In this document: positions 1 to 7,654 of the stretch, in pieces
Layout of the letters: each line of letters opens with the position of its first letter
Position numbering within the stretch: position 1 is the first letter of the stretch
From: Dehalococcoidia bacterium
GTDB lineage: Bacteria; Chloroflexota; Dehalococcoidia; Lucifugimonadales; Australimonadaceae
Direction of reading: 5' to 3'
Length of the DNA: 64,000 nt
Assembly (NCBI GenBank): GCA_965248455.1
Contig: OZ252105.1
Span: 2,682,722-2,746,721 of the forward strand
Notes under the pieces: model-generated
Database searches by the model: none
Told to the model about the DNA's origin: nothing
What the model saw: the letters and a program-made list of their open reading frames with translations, nothing else
Made by a program: the position numbers and the translations under genes

Positions 1-1305
1 GGAGATGTTCTCCGCGACGGTTGCGCTGAAGAGAAACACGTCCTGCTGCACCATGCCGATGAACGACCGCAGCGAGGGCAGGGTGGCGTCCCGAACGTTT
101 ACGCCGTCTATAGTGATACGCCCGCCGTCGACATCATAGAAACGGGAGAGCAGGCTCATCAGCGTCGTCTTGCCGGAGCCGGGCGCGCCCATCAACGCGA
201 CGACCTCCCCGGGCTTGACCTCGAGGGAGATGCCTCGGACGGCTTCCCGCGAGCCGTAGGAGAAGGAGACATCCTCGAAACGCACGTGCCCGCGAACATC
301 GCGGAGCTCCACGGCATCGGGCTTCTCCCGCACGGGGGACTCGGCGTCGAGCACGTCGAACAAGCGCTCGCCTGCGGACGACGCCCGCGCAAACGTGTTG
401 ACGAGGAAGCCAACCATGCGTATCGGCTGTACGAGCAGGCTGATGTACAGGAGGAACCCGGCGAGCTGACCGTGGGTCATGCTGCCCTCTATGACGGATC
501 GCCCTCCGAACCACAGAATGACGCCAAAGGAGGCCCAGAAGATTACCTGCATAATGGCGGAGTTCACCGACTGCGCCCTACGGGCCTCGAAAGTACGGTC
601 GTAGACCACCAGGTTCTGACCGTCGAATTTGCGCTCTTCGTGGGTCTCGGCGCCGAACGCTTTCACGACGCGCTGGCCGGCCAGATTCTCCTGCAGGATC
701 GTCGTGAGCTTGCCCGTCTCCACCTGCGCAAGCAGCCACATCCTGCGCATCCGCGTACTCGCCCATACCGCGCGGATGCCTATGAGGGGCACGAACACCA
801 GCGTGATGAGCGCCAGCCGAACGTCGGTCAGCATCATCATGGTCGTCGCGCCGATCGTGAGCATCGTGATCTGGCCTGACCGGATAAGCCCCATGCTCAC
901 GAACATCCGCATCATCTCCACGTCGATCGTGGATTTGGACATCAGATTGCCCGTGTGCTCCTTGTCATGGAAAGCGAAACTCAGATGTTGGAGTTTGTCG
1001 TACAGCAGATTACGTATGCGGTAGGACACACGTTGGGAGACAGCCTCGGACAGATAGAGGTTCATGTAATTGAAGATACCGCGCACGGCGATAACGGCCA
1101 CGATGACCAGCGCCAGAATCACCAAGTCTCTGGTAGCGGTTGTTCCAGCGCCGGCTCTGTCTTCAAGCGCAGTGTCGATGGAGACCTCGATCAAGCGGGG
1201 GACGGCCAGGAAGAGAATCGTGGCGATGATGAGCGATAGCCACGCAACAGTCATCCGCCCCCGTTCAAGGGCGGCCAGTTTCGTTATTCTCCAGAGGATT
1301 CGCAT
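1..1305 (-). CDS. ABC exporter, fused permease + ATPase (MsbA/ABCB-like); C-terminal end runs off the window
   Basis: Own minus-strand translation from ATG at 1305: MRILWRITKLAALERGRM..., TM-rich N-terminal half, then Walker A VKPGEVVALMGAPGSGKTTLMSLL near 150. Absent from the ORF track because no stop lies inside the window. Confidence 0.9.
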   Translation of the reverse strand, partial: MRILWRITKLAALERGRMTVAWLSLIIATILFLAVPRLIEVSIDTALEDRAGAGTTATRDLVILALVIVAVIAVRGIFNYMNLYLSEAVSQRVSYRIRNLLYDKLQHLSFAFHDKEHTGNLMSKSTIDVEMMRMFVSMGLIRSGQITMLTIGATTMMMLTDVRLALITLVFVPLIGIRAVWASTRMRRMWLLAQVETGKLTTILQENLAGQRVVKAFGAETHEERKFDGQNLVVYDRTFEARRAQSVNSAIMQVIFWASFGVILWFGGRSVIEGSMTHGQLAGFLLYISLLVQPIRMVGFLVNTFARASSAGERLFDVLDAESPVREKPDAVELRDVRGHVRFEDVSFSYGSREAVRGISLEVKPGEVVALMGAPGSGKTTLMSLLSRFYDVDGGRITIDGVNVRDATLPSLRSFIGMVQQDVFLFSATVAENIS

Positions 1306-1527
1306 CTATGAGCGGGGTCGTTTCGAGGCCGACCAGAAGGGGAGGAGGACGCTCCGAAAGAGTAAGGGGAGGGCCAACCTGCCTCGCGAGTATACTCCTC
1401 CATCTGCCGGGACGCACCTAAACAGCTGCCCCTCAATGACGCTTCTCGGTGCTAGAATCGTCTGGCCTCGGACAGCTTCGGATTCGTCGTGCGCGGACAT
1501 TCAACACTTCCTAATTCACTGAGACCT

Positions 1528-2121
1528 ATGGAAATGGACGACATCGACCAGGTGGCGTCCATGGAACGCGAGGCGTTCCCTACGCTCTGGCCGCCCACGT
1601 CCTACCGCAAAGAGCTCACCAACGGCATCGCGGAGTACCTCGTTTGCGTGCAGGAGGGAGAGTACGTGACGGTCGAGCGTAAGCCCGGCAGTCTGCAGCG
1701 GCTCTTCCGTCGCAATAAGCCGTCGCCTCCCATCCAACGCCGCTTCCTGACCGGGTACCTGGGGTTGTGGTACATGGGAGGCGAGGCGCATATCGTGTCC
1801 ATTGCCGTCCGCGAGGCATACCGCCGCAGGGGGCTCGGCGAACTGCTGCTGATAGGCGCGATCGAGCTCGGCCTCGCTCGCGGCGCTCAGGTGGTCACGC
1901 TGGAAGCGCGGGTCTCCAACGAGTCGGCCAAGGCGCTCTACGTCAAGTACGGGTTCAACGAGGTTGGCCTCCGCCGGCACTACTACGCCGACAACCGGGA
2001 GGACGCCGCCATCATGACGACCGACTCCCTGACGTCGGATCAGTTCCAAACCCTGTTCGAGCGTCGGAGGAGCGAATTCGAAACGCGGTACGGTGCGGCT
2101 GTCCGTGAGTATCTTAAGTAA
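1528..2121 (+). CDS. rimI: ribosomal-protein-alanine N-acetyltransferase (GNAT, RimI-like)
   Basis: ORF 1489..2121. MEMDDIDQVASMEREAFP... and IAVREAYRRRGLGELLL (acetyl-CoA Q/RxxGxG/A motif). Start taken at the internal MEMDD; 1489 is also possible. Confidence 0.8.
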   Translation: MEMDDIDQVASMEREAFPTLWPPTSYRKELTNGIAEYLVCVQEGEYVTVERKPGSLQRLFRRNKPSPPIQRRFLTGYLGLWYMGGEAHIVSIAVREAYRRRGLGELLLIGAIELGLARGAQVVTLEARVSNESAKALYVKYGFNEVGLRRHYYADNREDAAIMTTDSLTSDQFQTLFERRRSEFETRYGAAVREYLK

Positions 2122-2251
2122 CGCCAACGTTTGGGCGATACCTCTTTATGCGTTTATGCGCTCAAAACCCACAGCCACGGCATGAACACCCCGAATCTTC
2201 CCTTATGAACCCGTGCGGCAGCCGTACCGGCGTGCGCTACAATCCTGCTAC

Positions 2252-2875
2252 ATGCTTCGATTGATGTTCGTGCGCCATGGCCGCACCGCCTGGAACGTCC
2301 AGGGACGGGTGCAAGGCGGCGGCGGATTGGACCGGGTCGGCAGAGAGCAGGTCAAAGCGCTCACCGAACGCCTCTCCGCCGAGCCGATAGCTGCCGTTTA
2401 CGCCAGCCCTGCCTGGCGCGCCCTGCAGACCGTGACACCAACCGCGCTCGCCCGAGGTTTGCCCGTCCACCAGAGCCGTCTTCTCCGCGACCTCGACTAC
2501 GGACGCTTTGCGGGTGCGCTCCTCGCCGACGTGGTGCGCGAGGATCCTCACCTGTTCGAGCGATGGCGCACCGCGCCCGAAACGGTGACGTTCGATGGCG
2601 GCGAGAACCTCGCGGCGCTGCGTGACCGCATAGTCCGGTTCATCGCGCGGGCGGCGCAGGCGCACCCCAACGGCACCGTGCTTGCCGGCACCCACGATTC
2701 GCCCGTCCGCATGGCCGCTTCCATCGCACTCGGCCTGCCGGACGCCGCGCACCGGGAAGAGAGCATCAAAACGCTCTACGCGGCCATCACCGTGCTCGAG
2801 GTTGAAGGAGACTCCGTATCCATCGCCGCGCATAACGAGGCCGGGCACCTCGCGGGAATCGATGCCTCCGCCTAG
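2252..2875 (+). CDS. histidine phosphatase family protein (phosphoglycerate mutase-like)
   Basis: ORF 2213..2875. N-terminal LMFVRHGRTAWN (RHG catalytic motif). Start at MLRLMF, ATG 2252. Confidence 0.85.
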   Translation: MLRLMFVRHGRTAWNVQGRVQGGGGLDRVGREQVKALTERLSAEPIAAVYASPAWRALQTVTPTALARGLPVHQSRLLRDLDYGRFAGALLADVVREDPHLFERWRTAPETVTFDGGENLAALRDRIVRFIARAAQAHPNGTVLAGTHDSPVRMAASIALGLPDAAHREESIKTLYAAITVLEVEGDSVSIAAHNEAGHLAGIDASA

Positions 2876-3632
2876 GAAACGTCCGCGTGCCAAGGTGCTT
2901 CGCCCCCGGAGCGTTCGCGGTATCAAACCGTTCTCGCCCGATGAGGTCTACGACATCCTCGAGGCGTACTACGGCGTGCCCAGCCGCAGACAACGGCTCG
3001 ACGGCACCTCGGAACTCATCTGGACTATCCTCTCGCAGCACACGTCAGACCTGAATGCGGAGCGCGCATTCGCAGCACTCTCCGATCGCTACGAGAGCTG
3101 GCAGGACGTGCTGGACACCCCCGAAGACGAACTTGCCGAGACGATCCGCAGCGGCGGGCTGGCCCGGCAGAAAGCGCCGCGCATCCAGCAGACGCTCCGT
3201 TCCATCCGGGAGCGTACGGGCGGATTCGACATCTCCTTCCTCGCTGATCTGCCGCTGGAAGAGGCGAAAGCCTGGCTGCGCGCCATGCCCGGCGTCGGCC
3301 CCAAGACCGCAGGCGTCGTGCTCTCCTTCTCGATGGACCAACCTGCGATGGCGGTCGATACGCATATCTACCGCGTCGCGAAGCGCCTCGCGCTCATAGG
3401 CCCGAAGGTGACAGCCAACGAGGCCCACGACGTGCTGGAGCAGTCCATCGCGGCAGAGCGGGTGCTCAACATGCACATCTACCTCATCACGCACGGACGC
3501 CGCGTCTGCAAGGCGCTGCGCCCCCTCTGCCATCAGTGCCCCCTGGGGGAGCAGTGCCCCTCGCTCCCCCTGTATCTGCGCAAGGACGATACCCGCGTCC
3601 CGACGGCAAGCCTCAGCCATAAGCCGCTATGA
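2862..3632 (+). CDS. endonuclease III-like HhH-GPD base-excision DNA repair protein
   Basis: ORF 2682..3632. HhH motif LRAMPGVGPKTAGVVL, VDTHIYRV, and C-terminal Cys cluster CKALRPLCHQCPLGEQC (4Fe-4S loop). Start placed at ATG 2862 because the upstream part overlaps the preceding gene. Confidence 0.85.
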   Translation: MPPPRKRPRAKVLRPRSVRGIKPFSPDEVYDILEAYYGVPSRRQRLDGTSELIWTILSQHTSDLNAERAFAALSDRYESWQDVLDTPEDELAETIRSGGLARQKAPRIQQTLRSIRERTGGFDISFLADLPLEEAKAWLRAMPGVGPKTAGVVLSFSMDQPAMAVDTHIYRVAKRLALIGPKVTANEAHDVLEQSIAAERVLNMHIYLITHGRRVCKALRPLCHQCPLGEQCPSLPLYLRKDDTRVPTASLSHKPL

Positions 3633-4186
3633 ACAACATCCTCTCCACATCCCCAGAGACGCGAACCTCCGTCGAACGCTTGCTGGCAGACCTCTGCGTT
3701 GAGCATGGCATCACGCCCGCGCCGCAGCTCGAATGGTCGAATCGCATGCGCAAGCTTCTGGGCCGGGCGTACGTTCACCGCAGGCTCATACGCCTCTCCG
3801 CATGGCTCGACGACCACCAGGCGCACGCGACGCTGCGCCACGAACTGGCGCACATCGCCGTTGGGCCGTCCCGCCGCCGCCCGCACGGAGTGCAATGGCG
3901 CGCCTGGGCCGTCAGGCTCGGAGCCGACGCGCGCGCCACGTCGCACCGCTCGCCGGCGCTCGCCTCCGAGCGCCCGGACACGCGGCGTTATACGGCCCTC
4001 GAATGCCCCGGCTGCGGCTTGCGCCTCGTGCGTCAGCGCGTCCTGCACGGCTTGTACTGCAAAGCGTGCGGGCCTCGCCGTGGGATGCTCGTGAGAGCGG
4101 GGCAGGGCGCTCGCGCCGCGATGACCGCGTGGGTGACGGGCCGAACAATCGAAGAATCGCGCACAGAAATCGCCGAAATCGGCTGA
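3629..4186 (+). CDS. SprT-like zinc metallopeptidase domain protein
   Basis: HELAH zinc motif (LRHELAHIAVG) plus CPGCG...CKACG zinc-ribbon-like Cys pairs. ATGA start/stop overlap with the upstream gene. Confidence 0.75.
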   Translation: MNNILSTSPETRTSVERLLADLCVEHGITPAPQLEWSNRMRKLLGRAYVHRRLIRLSAWLDDHQAHATLRHELAHIAVGPSRRRPHGVQWRAWAVRLGADARATSHRSPALASERPDTRRYTALECPGCGLRLVRQRVLHGLYCKACGPRRGMLVRAGQGARAAMTAWVTGRTIEESRTEIAEIG

Positions 4187-4457
4187 ATTGCCCCTCGTAG
4201 ACCTTGGCAAAGCGGCGCGGCGCCCATTAAGATGCGCTTGCGGCGATAGGCCGCAGAAAGGGGGTGATCCAGTAGTGAAAACATCATTACCTCGCACTGC
4301 TGCGTCACCCGCTGCTCACCGCTAGGGATCGATCGGTCGGTATCGGTCGCCCCCCGGTGTCCCGTGGGACCTAAAGGTGGGTCCTTGCGGGCAGCGCAGC
4401 AGGGTGCGCCCCGTCGGATGCTTCGCTTGCGAAGTTGCCAATGGGGAAATGGGACGG

Positions 4458-4498
4458 GCGCCTCGGCCTACACAGTGGGCCGGGGCGCTTGGTTTTCT
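4458..4498 (+). terminator. putative intrinsic terminator/attenuator in the leader of the LLM gene
   Basis: GCGCCTCGGCC-tacacagtg-GGCCGGGGCGC (11 bp including one G.U) followed by TTGGTTTTCTG. It lies 57 nt upstream of ATG 4555. Confidence 0.4.
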
Positions 4499-4554
4499 GC
4501 GCGGCCAACGCACGGCTGATAGAATCGAAGGCACCCCGCGCGGAGCAGGAGAGC

Positions 4555-5493
4555 ATGTCTATAAAGATTGGCCTCTCAGGCGCCTCTGTCATGGCGCGCG
4601 AAGGACGCGAGTCGTTCCTCGCCTACGTTGACGCCGCCCAGGATCTGGGCTGGGACTCCGTCTGGTTCTCGGATCGGATCGTCGGCCCCGCATGGCGCAT
4701 GGATCCGATCACGGGGATGGCCATGATCGCCGGACGCACCGACAAGCTGAAGTTCGGCACCGGCGTTCTGCTCATGTCCATGCGCAGCCCCGTCACAGCG
4801 GCGCGCGAACTGGCGACCATCGACCTGCTGTCCGACGGGCGCCTCGTTCTGGGCGTCGGCGTAGGGCAGGAGTCTCCTGCAGAATACGAGGCGATGGGCG
4901 TTCGCAAGCGCGATCGCGGCAAGCGGCTGGACGAGGCCATCCACGTTATGCGCCGGCTCTGGACGGAGGATCGCGTTACCTACGAGAGCGAGTTCCTCAA
5001 GCTCACGGATGCCACCATAGGCGTGCGCCCGAAGCAGGCCAACGTGCCCATATGGATAGGCAGCCGGTCGGAGGCGGGGCTTCGCCGCACCGGTCGACTC
5101 GGTGATGGCTGGCTTCCGACCCAGCTGACGCCGGACGAATTCGCCGCGGGCGTTGCGCGCATCCAGCATCACGCTACTGAGGCGGGCAGGGAGATACCGG
5201 ACGACCATTTCGGTTTGCAGATAAGCAGCTACATCGTCGAGTCCGGCAGGGTGCCTGACGTGGTGAAAGAGCGATTCCTTCTGCAACGCCGCGTTGACGT
5301 TACTCCTGAGCAGATCAACCTGCTCGGTACGCAGGAGGAGATTATGGCGCGGCTCCGCGAGTACATAGACGCCGGCGCGACGAAGTTCGTGTTCAACCCG
5401 GCGTGCGGCGCGGATGAGATGCTGCGCCAGATGACTCTCCAGGCTGAGGCCATCGTCCAGCCCCACCACCAGAAACTCGTGCCGCTCGGCTAG
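4555..5493 (+). CDS. LLM-class (luciferase-like) flavin/F420-dependent oxidoreductase
   Basis: ORF 4435..5493. Start at MSIKIG (ATG 4555, preceded by GGAGCAGGAG). Typical LLM strings WDSVWFSDR, LVLGVGVG, VPIWIGS. Confidence 0.85.
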   Translation: MSIKIGLSGASVMAREGRESFLAYVDAAQDLGWDSVWFSDRIVGPAWRMDPITGMAMIAGRTDKLKFGTGVLLMSMRSPVTAARELATIDLLSDGRLVLGVGVGQESPAEYEAMGVRKRDRGKRLDEAIHVMRRLWTEDRVTYESEFLKLTDATIGVRPKQANVPIWIGSRSEAGLRRTGRLGDGWLPTQLTPDEFAAGVARIQHHATEAGREIPDDHFGLQISSYIVESGRVPDVVKERFLLQRRVDVTPEQINLLGTQEEIMARLREYIDAGATKFVFNPACGADEMLRQMTLQAEAIVQPHHQKLVPLG

Positions 5494-5521
5494 CAGCAGG
5501 CAACTCAAGGATCAGCACGTC

Positions 5522-6556
5522 ATGAAGATCGGCATCATCAACGTAACCGGGTACGCGGGCATCGAACTTGCGCGTATCCTGTACCGCCACCCCGAGGCTG
5601 AGGTCGTCAGCGTTACCGGGCGCAGTCAGGCCGGAGAAGCTCTGGGCGACGCGCTGCCGCACCTCTCCCGCATGGCCATGACCATCGAACCGGAGATCAC
5701 TCGCAGCGTCGATCTGGTGTTCTCTGCGCTTCCCCAGGTGGCGTCGGCTGAGGCGTGCCTCCCGTTCGTGCGGGACGGCGTGAAGGTCGTCGACATCTCG
5801 GCGGACTTCCGGCTGCACGACGCGTCCGAGTACGCTCTGTGGTACGGCAGCGAACATCCCGCGCCGGACCTGCTCGAGACGTCAGTCTACGGTCTTACGG
5901 AGCTTGACCGGCAGGGCATCGCAGGTGCGCAACTCGTTGCGAACCCCGGCTGCTACCCGACCGCTGCGCTGCTTGCGCTTGCCCCAGTCGTCGAGAAGGG
6001 TCTCATCGGCGAGCAGATCATCGTGGACTGCAAGTCCGGCGTCTCGGGCGCGGGCCGGGGACTGAGCATGACGACGCACTTCTCGGAGGTCAACGAGAAC
6101 GTTTCGCCGTATGCCGTCGCCGGGCACCGCCACCTGCCGGAGATTACGCAGGAGCTGCGGCGGCTGCGGAGCGGCTACGATCCCAAGGCGCTCTTCCAGC
6201 CGCACCTGATTCCGATGACGCGCGGCATCCTCGATACCGTCTACGCTGACTTCATCGCAGGCGCGTTCGACTCCCCTGCGCAGGCGTCCGCCGCCGTGGC
6301 CGAGCTGTACGCGGAGTACTACCGCGATGAGCCGTTCGTGAAGGTCACCGACAAGCCTCCGCAGACGAAACAGACGTGGGGGAACAACGACTGTCTGGTG
6401 TATCCTACAGTGGATAGTCGTACCGGCAAGCTCGTCGTGTTCTCCGCATTGGATAATCTGGTGAAAGGCGCTGCCGGGCAGGCAGTGCAGAACATGAACC
6501 TCATGTTCGGGTTGCCCGAGGCCACCGGCCTGGAGCAGTTGGCAATCTATCCGTAA
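5522..6556 (+). CDS. argC: N-acetyl-gamma-glutamyl-phosphate reductase
   Basis: MKIGIINVTGYAGIEL (NAD-binding), active-site region LVANPGCYPTA, C-terminal DNLVKGAAGQAVQNMN. Confidence 0.92.
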   Translation: MKIGIINVTGYAGIELARILYRHPEAEVVSVTGRSQAGEALGDALPHLSRMAMTIEPEITRSVDLVFSALPQVASAEACLPFVRDGVKVVDISADFRLHDASEYALWYGSEHPAPDLLETSVYGLTELDRQGIAGAQLVANPGCYPTAALLALAPVVEKGLIGEQIIVDCKSGVSGAGRGLSMTTHFSEVNENVSPYAVAGHRHLPEITQELRRLRSGYDPKALFQPHLIPMTRGILDTVYADFIAGAFDSPAQASAAVAELYAEYYRDEPFVKVTDKPPQTKQTWGNNDCLVYPTVDSRTGKLVVFSALDNLVKGAAGQAVQNMNLMFGLPEATGLEQLAIYP

Positions 6557-6570
6557 GCTCCATCAGGCAC

Positions 6571-6647
6571 GCCCCTATAGTCTAGCGGCCAAGGACGTCA
6601 CCCTTTCAAGGTGAAGATCGCGGGTTCGAATCCCGCTGGGGGCACCA
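6571..6647 (+). tRNA. tRNA-Glu (anticodon TTC)
   Basis: Acceptor GCCCCTA/TGGGGGC, anticodon stem-loop TCACC-CTTTCAA-GGTGA, T-arm GGTTCGAATCC, encoded CCA. Confidence 0.9.
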
Positions 6648-6824
6648 CTTCCCACCATCATGTACTCGTATGTAAAGGGGAAGTCTGTGCTAGTTGTTAC
6701 TGTGGTTGTCACTTCCACTCGCGGCTGCTCGGGCTAGGGTTCTTTGCCATCCTCGGCGGGGGCAGTGCTGACGTTATCCTGGGGTCAGGCGAGAGTTCGG
6801 GTATAGTTCCCCAAGCGAGAGGCC

Positions 6825-7538
6825 ATGATTTTCAGCAGTCCAGTGCCCATCACTGATGGGGCATTCCAGATCCGGGCCATCGGCGCGCGGGTAACTGTCC
6901 TCGTGGAGGATGGCGACGTCCTACTGGTCGACGCGGGGTTCCGGGGAAGTTTGGGCATGATAGCGCGAGGGCTCGAGGCCTTTGGCCTATCGACTGACCA
7001 GATTCGGCGAGTAGTTGTTACCCATGCCCATCCAGACCACTCGGGCGGCCTCGGCGAGTTGGTTGCGGGAAGAGGGATCGCGGTCGCCGTGCATCGGCTG
7101 GAGGCGGACATCATTGAGGGCACGGCACCCACCAGGAGTCCTCTTCAAAACGAACTGCTCGCGACGATGGCGCAGCCCATCCTCACGAGGTTCATGGGAA
7201 GCCCCGTCCCTGTCGATGATCACCTCGAGGACGGCGACACCCTTCCGTTCGGGATCGAAGTCCGTGTGGTCCACCTCCCTGGACACACCCCTGGCAGCAT
7301 CGCGCTCCACCTGCCTGAGAGACGGGTCATCATCATTGGGGATGCGCTGCAGTACAAGCTCGCCTGGAGGCTCAGCCCACCCGCTGCGGGAGTCCCCCAG
7401 CGGCCAGGAGAGGCGATGCGGTCGCTTGAGAAGCTTCTCGACCTCGACTTCGATACCATATGCTTCAGTCACTTCCTACCCCTGCGAGACGATCCCCGCG
7501 AAGCCCTTCGTACGCTTGTTGAGCGACATGCCACTTGA
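6825..7538 (+). CDS. MBL-fold metallo-hydrolase
   Basis: HxHxDH motif THAHPDHSGG; later HLPGHTPGS. Confidence 0.85.
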   Translation: MIFSSPVPITDGAFQIRAIGARVTVLVEDGDVLLVDAGFRGSLGMIARGLEAFGLSTDQIRRVVVTHAHPDHSGGLGELVAGRGIAVAVHRLEADIIEGTAPTRSPLQNELLATMAQPILTRFMGSPVPVDDHLEDGDTLPFGIEVRVVHLPGHTPGSIALHLPERRVIIIGDALQYKLAWRLSPPAAGVPQRPGEAMRSLEKLLDLDFDTICFSHFLPLRDDPREALRTLVERHAT

Positions 7539-7654
7539 CCCGCGCGATTGTGAGTACAGTGGCTCCGCGCCAACCTGCCGGAACTCTCCCAGCGCACCTG
7601 CACAGAGGACATCAACGCCGCTAAGCTGCCCCCAGCGACGAGGAAGAGGTAGTC

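Noticed and set aside
4435-4554. N-terminal extensions offered by the ORF track (4435, 2213, 2682, 17204, 27380, 35474, 36901, 47422, 50267, 57739, 59198)
   Set aside because: The extensions overlap neighbouring genes, repeats or leaders and lack family similarity. Internal starts with an SD or stop/start coupling were preferred. Exact starts remain uncertain by a few codons.
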